DNA of 51,649 nucleotides. Source: Gammaproteobacteria bacterium (lineage in GTDB: Bacteria; Pseudomonadota; Gammaproteobacteria; GCA-001735895). The translations under genes and the position numbers were made by a program. Of this stretch, positions 41,671-51,636 are shown piece after piece. The notes below the pieces were generated by a model that saw only the letters and a program-made list of their open reading frames with translations, did no database searches and had not been told where the DNA came from. The stretch is from NCBI GenBank assembly GCA_047622345.1, contig JBLHOA010000002.1, forward strand, positions 1-51,649. The letters are read 5' to 3'. The number at the start of each line of letters is the position of its first letter. Positions within the stretch are counted from its first letter, which is position 1.

Positions 41671-42486
41671 TCAATCCAGTTGCAAATCGATCCATGCGGG
41701 CGCGTGATCGGAAGGCTTTTCCATACCTCGAATTTCGTAATCGATACCCGCCTGTTTAACCCTATGTTTAATCTGGTCCGACACCAGTAAATGATCGATG
41801 CGCAGCCCTCGGCGGGGTTCCCGTTCAAACCCCCGACTTCGATAATCAAACCAGCTAAAAAGTTCAGCCTCATCGGCATGGCATAATCGAAAACCATCGG
41901 ATAATCCGAGCGCGGTCAATTGCTCAAACCATTCACGCTCCTCGGGCAGAAAACTGGATTTCCCGGTTGTCAGCCAGCGTTTCATATTGTCAGCACCAAT
42001 GCCTATGTCCAGGTCCTGCGGCGCGATATTGTAATCACCCATAACGACTACGCTAGAGCTGGCCATATCATGGCCGGATAGATAGTCATTCAGGTCACGA
42101 TAATATTTTTCTTTGGCTGGAAACTTGACTGGATGATCTCGGCTTTCACCCTGAGGAAAATAACCATTGTAAACGTGTAAGGGACTGCCATTGATTTCGA
42201 ATTCGCCACCTATAAACCGCTTTTGTGCCTCGTCGTCATCACCCGGAAAACCATACCTCGGTTTACGGCATTTCTGCTTCGACATCAACGCGACACCATA
42301 ATGAGTTTTCTGCCCCATATACAGAGCCTGGTAACCCATTTCATTGATCACCTCTAATGGAAAGTCATGGTCCTGTACCTTGGTTTCCTGCAACCCTATA
42401 AATTCGGGATCATACTTATCGATTACCGCCTGTAACTGATGCAAACGTTGACGAATACTATTAACGTTGAATGACACTACTTTCAT
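41671..42486 (-). CDS. xthA: Exodeoxyribonuclease III (start moved to 42486)
   Basis: SFNVNS, GLQETK, YFPQGESRDHPVKF, GDYNIAP, GLRIDH, PSDHAP. Confidence 0.95.
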   Translation of the reverse strand: MKVVSFNVNSIRQRLHQLQAVIDKYDPEFIGLQETKVQDHDFPLEVINEMGYQALYMGQKTHYGVALMSKQKCRKPRYGFPGDDDEAQKRFIGGEFEINGSPLHVYNGYFPQGESRDHPVKFPAKEKYYRDLNDYLSGHDMASSSVVVMGDYNIAPQDLDIGIGADNMKRWLTTGKSSFLPEEREWFEQLTALGLSDGFRLCHADEAELFSWFDYRSRGFEREPRRGLRIDHLLVSDQIKHRVKQAGIDYEIRGMEKPSDHAPAWIDLQLD

Positions 42487-43804
42487 AATCTTCCAGATTC
42501 TCAAATTTTAGTAAAAAATCAGCCAGACTCAGAGGCCCGAGATGCGAGTCAAAGGCATCATTTAAGCCGTCAAGCAGCCGTTCGACGGGTTCATCAATGC
42601 GAAAGCTGAGCGGTGGCCCCCTGTCTTCGGCATCACGGGCACTGCGTAATATATCGACTATTTGAATTCGATGGATAGCGGTAACAGGGAGATAACGTAC
42701 TGGCAGATCACCACTCTTCAAAATCAATTTATCGGCTTCCAGTGCATTCAACATACGCTCCAGAACTTCCTGAGGCAGTTGCTGGTATTTGGACAGGTTT
42801 TCCAGAGTAGCGGGCATGGTTGACTGCTGATCGTGCGACTGACCAATATTAACCATTGCCTGCAAACCTATTTTCTCACGCATTCGAGCACTCAAATGAA
42901 TGCCCTGCCTGCGCCAGTTTAGGCGCTCAGGACGCTGATGATAAAATGAAATACTGGCACCGACCAGCAGTATAAACCAGCTTAAATATATCCAGATCAA
43001 CGAAGTCAAAACGAATGCAAAACCCGAATATATCGCGGTATAACCATTTGATCCGCCCACCAGGGCGGCAAATACTATACCGCTGGTTTGCCAGATGGTC
43101 CCGGCGAAAAACCCCCCATAGAAAGCGGATGAAAACTTTACTCGGGTATTGGGTACCAGCAGGTAAACAAGTGTGAACGCGCTTATCGCCAACACAAAGG
43201 GCAGGACTTTTCCTACTAATCGAAGCACATCATTCATATAGCTCAGCTGGTTCAGGCCCTCGATAATTTCGTTATTGGCAAGCGAAGCGGTAATCGCAAT
43301 TGCCAGGGTCACTAAAACGGGGCCAATCAGAATGACGCTGAGATAGTCACTAAACCGGCGCAGCAGATTGCGGCTGGCCTTCAGCTGCCAGGTATTATTA
43401 AACGCTGAATCAATTTTATAAATCAATGAAACCGCAGTAAATACCAGGAAACTCAGCCCGAGCACGCCCAGCACGCTAATATCCATGGCCTTGACCAGTT
43501 CGACTACTGTGGCACTTATTTCAATGCTGTTTTCACCCAGTGGTTCCAGCAATCGAATCAACACCGGTTGTAACAATTCCTGCATGCCGAGCCCGTTCAC
43601 CACCCACAGGCTTACCGCGAACAGGGGCACCACTGATAGCAGGCTGGTATAAACCAGGCTCATCGCCCAGAGATTAATCATGCCGCCCACCAGATCAGCA
43701 ACCACGGTCACCATAATTTGTAGAAATTTTCGCCAGAATGACTGGATAGAATGAGTGTCCCAGGCATTATAGCCCCAGACATAATCAGATATTTTTCTGC
43801 GCAT
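42461..43804 (-). CDS. YihY/BrkB family membrane protein with a C-terminal soluble domain
   Basis: SLVYTSLLSVVP, AFNNTW, VPNTRV, IYSGFA..WIYLSWFILLVGA; about 150 aa hydrophilic C-terminal extension. Confidence 0.85.
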   Translation of the reverse strand: MRRKISDYVWGYNAWDTHSIQSFWRKFLQIMVTVVADLVGGMINLWAMSLVYTSLLSVVPLFAVSLWVVNGLGMQELLQPVLIRLLEPLGENSIEISATVVELVKAMDISVLGVLGLSFLVFTAVSLIYKIDSAFNNTWQLKASRNLLRRFSDYLSVILIGPVLVTLAIAITASLANNEIIEGLNQLSYMNDVLRLVGKVLPFVLAISAFTLVYLLVPNTRVKFSSAFYGGFFAGTIWQTSGIVFAALVGGSNGYTAIYSGFAFVLTSLIWIYLSWFILLVGASISFYHQRPERLNWRRQGIHLSARMREKIGLQAMVNIGQSHDQQSTMPATLENLSKYQQLPQEVLERMLNALEADKLILKSGDLPVRYLPVTAIHRIQIVDILRSARDAEDRGPPLSFRIDEPVERLLDGLNDAFDSHLGPLSLADFLLKFENLEDYESSVIQR

Positions 43805-43852
43805 GTTTTTACGTTTATATCGGCGTAGCGTTTTTCATTTCATTTGAACCAG

Positions 43853-44392
43853 CTAACCCGTAAACGCTTCTTTCGAATTCAAATATTCGATTTCCTCAAC
43901 CCTGCTTTCCCGGCCAAGGATTTTATTACGATGAGGGAATCGACCGAATCGTTCGACAATCGATCGATGATGCTGAGCAAAGCGCAGGTGTCCGTCGAGG
44001 CCCGGAGCCGAAAGTAACGATACCGATTTTTCCTGATCGTCGATATTTTCGCTGTGCATAAAAGGCATATAAAGAAACGATCGATATTCATCTCTCAACC
44101 CGACATCCAGACCCTGCTGAATCGCTTTGCGCACAATTTCAATTGACTGTGCTTCGCTGGAAAAACTTTTTGCCTGCCCGCGGAACATATTCAGTGGAAA
44201 CTGGTCCAGCACAATCACCAAAGCAACACAGCCTTCGCCAGTTTCACTCCAGTGATCCAGCTCCCCACGGGAGGCCTGCGACCAGACATCCTGATAACGC
44301 TCGCTTAACAAGCGGTCAAATTCAGGCGTGGACTTAAACCAGAGCGCAGTGACTTCGGTGGAAAACCAGAAATCGAGAATTTCCTGATACAT
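43853..44392 (-). CDS. DUF924-like protein
   Basis: ILDFWF, LDQFPLNMFRG, FLYMPFMHSE, RFGRFPHRN.ILGR.S. Confidence 0.88.
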   Translation of the reverse strand: MYQEILDFWFSTEVTALWFKSTPEFDRLLSERYQDVWSQASRGELDHWSETGEGCVALVIVLDQFPLNMFRGQAKSFSSEAQSIEIVRKAIQQGLDVGLRDEYRSFLYMPFMHSENIDDQEKSVSLLSAPGLDGHLRFAQHHRSIVERFGRFPHRNKILGRESRVEEIEYLNSKEAFTG

Positions 44393-44431
44393 AGTGGCCT
44401 CAAGTGAGACTATCGACGGCCAACCATACTA

Positions 44432-46486
44432 TCAATCTTTTGTCAGGTCCGCGACCAAACCACGTAAGCGCAGCTGGAGCTGCTTTCGCCCTTCCGAACC
44501 ATCCCCCCGCGGGATCATTTGCCAGTGACGATTCTGTACGGCTTTTTCAATTAACAGGGGGTCTATGTCACCAGTTGATGATGCGATTTTTCCCATCACA
44601 TGAGCCTGCAAACAGGCAAAACAAAGTTCAAAGCCCCTATTTCCAAGAGTGAATGCGTCTATTTCAGTTTTGCAGCGAGCTTCTTCGTTATTGCAAAACC
44701 CGCTATAGCGAAGAAGCGCAACCACATCCGGTGCATTCATTTCTTTTAGAAACTGGGTCATCCAGGTCGTCAATTGAAAATTAAACCGCTTTATCAATTG
44801 TCCTTTTACTTCGCTCAAAGCTTCGTTCAGGGGCTGGATAACGGCCACCGAGTGCAAGCCACTCGACTTTCCCGCCGCATAGCTGATATGCACCAGGTCA
44901 AATTTCAACTGCCGCCAGAACGCGGCGTTATGGTGGTTAAAAGCAAAACTGGCCCCGATATAATCGAGTTTTTTTTGTCTCGCGAATTTTACTGCCTGTT
45001 CAATTAACTGCGATCCAAGACCCTGACGCCTTCGATTTTCCTGCACTGCGACGCGCTGTACGCGTAAGCCTCGATAACAGGCGAACCCACGGTAAGCCGC
45101 CTGTGCGGTTATCATTTGCGCCAGTAAATGCCCGCGCGGTCTGCGTTTTCCCATGAACACATCGTCGCTTAACTGATGCTCAAACCCGCCCTCCAGGTTT
45201 AACAATGCAGCCGCAATAATTTCATCGTCCTGCTGCGCAGTAATCATCACCAGATCCGGGTTTTCCATCATCATGCGCAAATCTGACGGTCGCGTTCGGT
45301 AGTGAGCGTCACTCAATAACCGATAAACCCGGCAAACCAGTAATTGTCGCTCCCGCTGCGACAGCTGTTGGTGAACCGTTATGGTCCAATTCTTGTCGGA
45401 TAGAGTTTCCGGTGGCAACGCCTTCGAAACCTCGTCCATTAAAAGCGTCTGATTGATCCATTGTTCCAGTAGGTCACCTTTACACCAGCGCACCGGGTCG
45501 AGTAGCGACAAATGCAAAAGCGCCTCGGCAGAATGATCGGCGACAAAACGCAGCAGAAAGCCCTGGCCGGTTCCTTCGTAACCTCCGAGCGTGGTCGCCA
45601 TAGCCACTTTCGGAAAGATCCGACAAATCTGGCGCAGCATCGATTGCGGCAGCATCGCGGCTTCGTCGACGATAACCAGATCTGCGTCAACCGCGGACAG
45701 GATTAACTCATCGGCGGAGCGGTAACTGACTTGCCCGGCAACCGCTAGTAGTTGCGCCACAGACTTCCTGGATGCCGAAGTAACGACAATATTGAAGTCG
45801 CCTTTATGCTGAAATTGATTTTGCAATTGTCCTGCAAACATACCCAGACAGGTACTCTTGCCCCGCCCCCTGTCAGCCGATATTAAGGCCGTACCGGCGA
45901 CAGAATAGTCAAACCATTGCTGCAGCGCTTGCAGTGTTTTCGATTGCTCGGTGGTACAATCATTGACGACCGGAGTCCGGTGCAATTCGGGTAAACTGGG
46001 CATTGCAGTCATAGTCGACCCGGCATCAATGACAATTCCGACCAGCGGGTCGTTTTTTATTGCCGACAGAAAGTAATCAACAAATACAGGGTAGGCAGAA
46101 CGGGACCCATCCTGCCATTGTGCATAGCGATCATCGTCGTTGACCCATTCCTCGATACCGGGAGATATCAATATCAGCACCCCTCCCGCAGCAAGCAATC
46201 CACTCGCGATACAAAATACATCGGCGTTTAGCCCGGTGAATAAATCAACAATGACCAGCTGGCATTCGCTTCCGAGGGTGGTATCAGCCGCGGAAAATAA
46301 AACCGCCTGTGAACAAATAGCTCGATTTGAAAAAACTCGGGTTGATTCTGCGCTCAGATCAAGTTGGCTGATTAGATCATCGCAGTATTTTTTTGTTCCT
46401 TGAATACTAACCAACTGTCGCTGCTGGCTTTGCTCTAACTGAGCGGATAATTGCGACATCCATCGATCAATATCAAATTGGGACAC
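44432..46486 (-). CDS. tmcA: tRNA(Met) cytidine acetyltransferase
   Basis: ADRGRGKST, VDEAA, GYEGTGQGF, HYRTRPSDL, RRPRGHL, GNAT RVQRVAV..RRQGLGS. Confidence 0.92.
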   Translation of the reverse strand: MSQFDIDRWMSQLSAQLEQSQQRQLVSIQGTKKYCDDLISQLDLSAESTRVFSNRAICSQAVLFSAADTTLGSECQLVIVDLFTGLNADVFCIASGLLAAGGVLILISPGIEEWVNDDDRYAQWQDGSRSAYPVFVDYFLSAIKNDPLVGIVIDAGSTMTAMPSLPELHRTPVVNDCTTEQSKTLQALQQWFDYSVAGTALISADRGRGKSTCLGMFAGQLQNQFQHKGDFNIVVTSASRKSVAQLLAVAGQVSYRSADELILSAVDADLVIVDEAAMLPQSMLRQICRIFPKVAMATTLGGYEGTGQGFLLRFVADHSAEALLHLSLLDPVRWCKGDLLEQWINQTLLMDEVSKALPPETLSDKNWTITVHQQLSQRERQLLVCRVYRLLSDAHYRTRPSDLRMMMENPDLVMITAQQDDEIIAAALLNLEGGFEHQLSDDVFMGKRRPRGHLLAQMITAQAAYRGFACYRGLRVQRVAVQENRRRQGLGSQLIEQAVKFARQKKLDYIGASFAFNHHNAAFWRQLKFDLVHISYAAGKSSGLHSVAVIQPLNEALSEVKGQLIKRFNFQLTTWMTQFLKEMNAPDVVALLRYSGFCNNEEARCKTEIDAFTLGNRGFELCFACLQAHVMGKIASSTGDIDPLLIEKAVQNRHWQMIPRGDGSEGRKQLQLRLRGLVADLTKD

Positions 46487-46565
46487 AGAATTCCTTAAAC
46501 TTTAATTGGACGGGCTGGTGAATCTTTGCTTAAATTTCCGCCCTATTATAGATGAGTCAATCCGC

Positions 46566-46880
46566 ATGACCAAAGACCAGCAAACCGAAATCGAGGCTGC
46601 CGCATTTCGCGGACTGATAGCCCATTTGCAAAAACGCAGCGATGTCCAAAACATCGACTTGATGAACCTTGCCGGGTTTTGTCGCAATTGTTTATCGAAA
46701 TGGTATTCGGCAGAGGCTAAAAATCTTGGCCTTGAAATGGATTATTCCGAGGCCCAGCAACATGTCTACGGAATGAGTATCGAAAACTGGAAAAAAGACC
46801 ACCAGCTCAAAGCCAGTGACGAACAATTGAAACAGTTTGATGCAAGCAAAAATAAACACGCTATTATTAACGGATACTGA
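46566..46880 (+). CDS. DUF1244-like protein (start moved to 46566)
   Basis: EIEAAAFR.L..HL..R.DVQNIDLMNLAGFCRNCLSKWY...VYGM..WK. Confidence 0.85.
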   Translation: MTKDQQTEIEAAAFRGLIAHLQKRSDVQNIDLMNLAGFCRNCLSKWYSAEAKNLGLEMDYSEAQQHVYGMSIENWKKDHQLKASDEQLKQFDASKNKHAIINGY

Positions 46881-46996
46881 TAGCACGGCAAGATTCAAAC
46901 CTGCTATAAATAGTATTTAACGGAACTGCTAATTTGAACTCGGCTTACTGAGCCGGGTCCTGCCTGCAGACTCTGAATCACGTTATGGAGAAACCA

Positions 46997-47263
46997 ATGT
47001 CCACTTTTTCGAAAACTTTAATCGCGGCAATCGCGACTTTCACCCTACTCGCTTCAACAACATCCGCCGCAGCTGCGGGGCGCTATCAAGCCGAGTGGAA
47101 CGGCAAGTCATACCTGATCATCGATACCGCTAACGGAAATTTGTGGACCTTTCAAGGGGATAGCATGATTTATAACGGGCGCATAGACGGCGACGAATTT
47201 GAACCCCCGGAACTTCCCCAGATTTGGCAACAAAGCCATGGGAAATGGACTCTGCGAAAATAA
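46997..47263 (+). CDS. Small exported hypothetical protein
   Basis: GGAG RBS before ATG 46997; Sec signal peptide ending in AAA; beta-rich mature part; fills the intergenic gap. Confidence 0.7.
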   Translation: MSTFSKTLIAAIATFTLLASTTSAAAAGRYQAEWNGKSYLIIDTANGNLWTFQGDSMIYNGRIDGDEFEPPELPQIWQQSHGKWTLRK

Positions 47264-47295
47264 GGTCCGTCCTAGCTGGAACCCTCTAATCGGCG

Positions 47296-48951
47296 CTAGC
47301 GAAGCTCGCGCCGTAAAATCTTACCGACATTTGTTTTTGGCAGTTCATCTCTAAATTCGATAATTTTCGGCACTTTGTAACCGGTTAACTCTTTGCGGCA
47401 ATGCTCCCGTATGGCATCGGCGGTCAAATTCGGATCTTTTTTGACGATTACCGCCTTGACCACTTCGCCGCAAGTTTCGTCGGGCTGCCCGATGACCCCG
47501 ACTTCAAGTACCCCCGGATGCCCGGCAATGATGGCTTCGATTTCATTGGGGTATACATTAAACCCGGAAACCAGAATCATATCTTTAAGGCGGTCAACAA
47601 TCCTGAAAAAACCCTGCGCGTCCATTTTGGCGACATCACCCGTTTTCAGCCAACCGTCGCTGGTAATGATTTTTGCGGTTTCGTCGGCACGCTTCCAATA
47701 ACCTTTCATTACCTGCGGACCCCGAACACATAACTCGCCCGATTTTCCCTGGGGCAGCATATTCCCGTCTTCGTCCTGGATAGACACCTCGGTCGACGGA
47801 ACCGGTAACCCGATACTGCCATTGAATTCAGCCAGATTTAATGGATTGATACACACTGCCGGCGAAGTTTCGGTCAAACCATAGGCTTCGAGTAAGGGCG
47901 CACCGGTCATCTTCTTCCAACGCTCGGCAACCGGTTTCTGCACGGCCATGCCACCACCGAGGGTTAATTTTAATTTCGAAAAATCGATTTCTTCGAAACC
48001 CGGAGTGTTCATCAGTCCGATAAATAAGGTATTAACGCCGGTAATAGCGGTAAAAGGATGATTTTTCAACTCTTTTATAAACCCGGGCATATCGCGCGGG
48101 TTTGTAATCAGATAGTTCAGGGCACCGAATTTCATGAAAGTCAGGCAGTTCGCCGTCAACGAAAAAATGTGGTACAGCGGCAAGGCAGTAATGATTATCT
48201 CCTTACCTTTATCGATCGAATCGCCGATCCAGGCAGAAGCCTGCTGCATATTCGCTATCATGTTTCGATGGGTCAGCATGGCACCCTTAGCAACCCCGGT
48301 GGTGCCACCGGTATATTGCAAAAAGGCAATATCATCATGCCCTAAAGGAATCAGTTTATGCGGCTGCCTTGACCCCGCCTTAAGCGCATCTTTGAAGGTC
48401 ACCGCGGTAGGGATAGAAAACTTTGGCACCATTTTCTTCACGTGCTTAATGACCAGATTAACGATCAAAGACTTGGGGAACTTCAACATATCGCCGAGCT
48501 GCGTGGTAATCACATGTTGAATTGGAGTCTCGTCAATCACTTCCTTCAGCGTGCTGCAAAAGTTTTCCATCACGATGATGGCTTTGGCTCCCGAATCGGT
48601 CAGTTGATGCTTGAGTTCGCGAGGCGTGTATAGCGGATTGGTATTAACTACGGTAAATCCGCCGCGTAAGATCGCAAAAATTGCAATGGGGTTCTGCAAA
48701 ACGTTCGGCATCATGACGGCAACACGATCGCCTTTCCCCATGTTGGGCAGGCTCTGTAAATAACTAGCCAACTGATCGGTCAGGACGTCCATCTGGTTAT
48801 AACTTAAAGTAGTTCCCAGATTGGTAAACGACGGCTTTTCACCGTATTCAGAAATGGCCTGTTCGAACACCTGATTTACCGACTTATAAGCGTCGATGTC
48901 GATTTCTTCAGGCATTCCCGGTGGATAGCTCTTTAACCAGACTTTATCCAT
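47296..48951 (-). CDS. fadD: Long-chain fatty acid-CoA ligase (start moved to 48951)
   Basis: KVWLKSYP, QYTGGTTGVAKG, YGLTETSP, GWLKTGD, PKTNVGKILRRELR; GGGAGAG RBS before ATG 48951. Confidence 0.95.
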   Translation of the reverse strand: MDKVWLKSYPPGMPEEIDIDAYKSVNQVFEQAISEYGEKPSFTNLGTTLSYNQMDVLTDQLASYLQSLPNMGKGDRVAVMMPNVLQNPIAIFAILRGGFTVVNTNPLYTPRELKHQLTDSGAKAIIVMENFCSTLKEVIDETPIQHVITTQLGDMLKFPKSLIVNLVIKHVKKMVPKFSIPTAVTFKDALKAGSRQPHKLIPLGHDDIAFLQYTGGTTGVAKGAMLTHRNMIANMQQASAWIGDSIDKGKEIIITALPLYHIFSLTANCLTFMKFGALNYLITNPRDMPGFIKELKNHPFTAITGVNTLFIGLMNTPGFEEIDFSKLKLTLGGGMAVQKPVAERWKKMTGAPLLEAYGLTETSPAVCINPLNLAEFNGSIGLPVPSTEVSIQDEDGNMLPQGKSGELCVRGPQVMKGYWKRADETAKIITSDGWLKTGDVAKMDAQGFFRIVDRLKDMILVSGFNVYPNEIEAIIAGHPGVLEVGVIGQPDETCGEVVKAVIVKKDPNLTADAIREHCRKELTGYKVPKIIEFRDELPKTNVGKILRRELR

Positions 48952-48996
48952 AACTCTCCCCATATGAGTGATGAAACTAAAAATTATTCATTTTTC

Positions 48997-51543
48997 TTAT
49001 TGTTTTGACTTCTTCACGGCCGTTTTCTTCACGGCCGTTTTTTTTGCAACCGCCTTTTTAGGGCTGGCCGCTTTTTTCTTACTCGCTGCTTTTACCGTTG
49101 ATTTAGCTACATTTGCCCCTACGAGCATCTCAGTCGTAGTGAAATCGTCGACCATAATAACATTGCGAGTAGCCACATGAGCAAGTTTTAAAATTTCGGC
49201 TTCTTCACGAGTAATTTTTTCTGCTTTCATCAATCCATCAACCCACTCTTCGTAGTCGAGCAATTCGGACTGGAATATCTCCCGATGTCGCAGGCGTCGC
49301 TCGATCGGTTCGGCTTTCACCACTTTTATAAGGGCATCTTCAAGGCAACCGGTTATGTCATTGATGTCATCGGAATGATAAATCGCACTGGTCAGCCGGT
49401 TCCGGGTATCACCCGGCTTGATCAACAAGGCCGATACGCGATGGCTCAGCGAGTCATTCGGCAAACGCAAATTTAAACCCAGCGGAAAGATAATCATGCG
49501 CACGAATACCCCAAGCCACTTGATTGGGAAATTGCGTAATATTTCGTCCAGCGCCATTTGAATTTGATAGAGGCTATATTTTGCCGACCATTCAACCAGC
49601 GGTAGATCACCCCGTGGACGACCATCGGCCTCAAACTTTTTCAACGCGGCCGAGGCATAAAACATATACCCGAGTGCATCGGCAAAGCGACCGGATAATT
49701 TTTCTTTTCGTTTGAAGGCGCCGCCTAGAATCATCAGTACAAGGTCGGCGGTTACTGCAAAGGCAGAACTCATCTGGTTGAGTCGTTTATAGTAGCTACC
49801 AATTCGACCGGGATATGGTGACGGCGCTAAATGGCTCGCACTAATACCATAGATAAATGACCGGCAAAGGTTAGTTAAAAAATAACCCGCATGGCCGCTT
49901 AATGCTTTATCAAAAGATTTAAGACTGCTTGCAGGATCATTGTCGTTCGCCGCTTCCATTTCCTTCATCAAGAACGGATGACAGCGGATCGCTCCCTGGC
50001 CGAAAATGATCATTGTTCGGGTAAGAATATTGGCGCCTTCGACGGTAATGCCAACCGGTACGGTCTGATAGGCACGACCGATATAGTTCGACGGCCCCAT
50101 GCATATCCCTCTGCCACCATGAATATCCATAGAGTCATTGATTACCTGACGCATGAACTCGGTATTGTAGTATTTCAGGATGGCGGTTATTACCGACGGT
50201 TTTTCGCCCAGCTCGAGTCCTGACAAGGTCAATAAACGACCGGCATCCATCATATAAGTCAGGCCGCCGATTCTTGCTAACGCTTCTTCAACGCCTTCAA
50301 ATTTTCCAATTGAAGTATTAAATTGCTTTCGAATTCGCGCATAAGCACCGGTCGTACGGGCACAGGCCTGACCTGCGGCAACACCAACGGCGGGTAGCGA
50401 AATCCCCCGTCCAGTTGCCAGGGACTCAACCAGCATGCTCCAGCCTTTGCCGATGTTATCCTGGCCGCCGATGATGTAGTCCATCGGTATAAAGACATCT
50501 TTGCCCTGGTTGGGTCCATTTTGAAACGCGGCATTGAGCGGGAAATGGCGGCGACCGATGGTAACCCCGTCGGTATCGGTTGGAATAAGCGCACAGGTAA
50601 TGCCGAGCTCTTTCGTTTCACCAATTAAGCCATCGGGATCGAATACTTTAAATGCCAGGCCCAGTACGGTTGCTACCGGGCCGAGGGTGATATATCGCTT
50701 ATCCCAGTTCAGCCGTAACCCTAATACCTGCTGCCCTGAATGCTCACCCATACAGACTATCCCGGTATCGGGAATAGCACCGGCATCGGAACCCGCACTG
50801 GGTCCGGTTAAGGCGAAGCAGGGAATATCCGTACCTTCGGCTAGTCGTGGCAGATAGTGGTTTTTCTGTGCTTCGGTACCATAGTGCAATAACAATTCGG
50901 CCGGCCCTAAGGAGTTAGGGACCATCACCGTCACCCCGAGCGAATTACTGCGCGCGGACAGCTTGATGACGATGCAGGAATGGGCATAATCGGAAAACTC
51001 CAGACCACCATATTGCTTTGGAATAATCATTCCAAAAAACCGATGCTTTTTCAGAAACGCCCACATCTCAGGGGGTAAATCCATACGCCGATGGGTAATG
51101 TCCCAATCATCAACAACCGCGCAGAGCTCTTCTACCGGACCATCAATAAATTCCTGCTCTTCTTGGGTGAGCGTCGGCATCGGGTAGTTTTTTAACTTAT
51201 CCCAATCGGGTGAACCCCGAAACAACTCCGACTCCCACCAGACAGTACCCGCTTCGATAGCATCTCGTTCGGTTTCGGACATCGGCGGTAAAATTGCTTT
51301 AACGCGCTTGAGTAAAGGTTCGGACAGAAACTGCATGCGTATCCGGGGAATGGCAAAAAGCAGTGTGGGTACCAGAAAAACGGTCCAGACGATCAGTCCC
51401 CAGAAGAAACTAAAGCCACCGTTCAGCGTGAAGATCAATAAAATTAGGGTTGTCGAGAATGCGATGATACGAAGAGTTGTTAACTGGCGGGCGACCAAAT
51501 ACGCCAGCAGCAACAGCGCGCCTAGAAAAAATATAATATTCAT
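48997..51543 (-). CDS. fadE: FadE-type acyl-CoA dehydrogenase with a Lys/Ala-rich C-terminal tail
   Basis: N-terminal TM segments, MSETE..AIEAGTVWWE, VPNSLGP.ELL, FALTGP.AGSDA, ITVEGANILTR, FGQGAIRCHP. Confidence 0.94.
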   Translation of the reverse strand: MNIIFFLGALLLLAYLVARQLTTLRIIAFSTTLILLIFTLNGGFSFFWGLIVWTVFLVPTLLFAIPRIRMQFLSEPLLKRVKAILPPMSETERDAIEAGTVWWESELFRGSPDWDKLKNYPMPTLTQEEQEFIDGPVEELCAVVDDWDITHRRMDLPPEMWAFLKKHRFFGMIIPKQYGGLEFSDYAHSCIVIKLSARSNSLGVTVMVPNSLGPAELLLHYGTEAQKNHYLPRLAEGTDIPCFALTGPSAGSDAGAIPDTGIVCMGEHSGQQVLGLRLNWDKRYITLGPVATVLGLAFKVFDPDGLIGETKELGITCALIPTDTDGVTIGRRHFPLNAAFQNGPNQGKDVFIPMDYIIGGQDNIGKGWSMLVESLATGRGISLPAVGVAAGQACARTTGAYARIRKQFNTSIGKFEGVEEALARIGGLTYMMDAGRLLTLSGLELGEKPSVITAILKYYNTEFMRQVINDSMDIHGGRGICMGPSNYIGRAYQTVPVGITVEGANILTRTMIIFGQGAIRCHPFLMKEMEAANDNDPASSLKSFDKALSGHAGYFLTNLCRSFIYGISASHLAPSPYPGRIGSYYKRLNQMSSAFAVTADLVLMILGGAFKRKEKLSGRFADALGYMFYASAALKKFEADGRPRGDLPLVEWSAKYSLYQIQMALDEILRNFPIKWLGVFVRMIIFPLGLNLRLPNDSLSHRVSALLIKPGDTRNRLTSAIYHSDDINDITGCLEDALIKVVKAEPIERRLRHREIFQSELLDYEEWVDGLMKAEKITREEAEILKLAHVATRNVIMVDDFTTTEMLVGANVAKSTVKAASKKKAASPKKAVAKKTAVKKTAVKKSKQ
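49010..49039. repeat. 15-bp tandem duplication (TTCTTCACGGCCGTT x2) encoding the KKTAV repeats in the FadE tail
   Basis: Two exact copies at 49010-49024 and 49025-49039. Confidence 0.9.
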
Positions 51544-51619
51544 CTTGCTTGTCCTTAGTCGCAGGTCATTAAAAAGTAAAGGCAGACATTATAATATATT
51601 GGCCCGATCATCAATAACT

Positions 51620-51636
51620 AGTTTCATTTTGAAACT
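51620..51636. promoter_or_regulatory. 7-3-7 inverted repeat upstream of fadE-fadD, candidate operator
   Basis: AGTTTCA-TTT-TGAAACT, just upstream of a weak minus-strand promoter (TTGATG 51614-51609, 15 nt, TATAAT 51593-51588). Confidence 0.45.
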
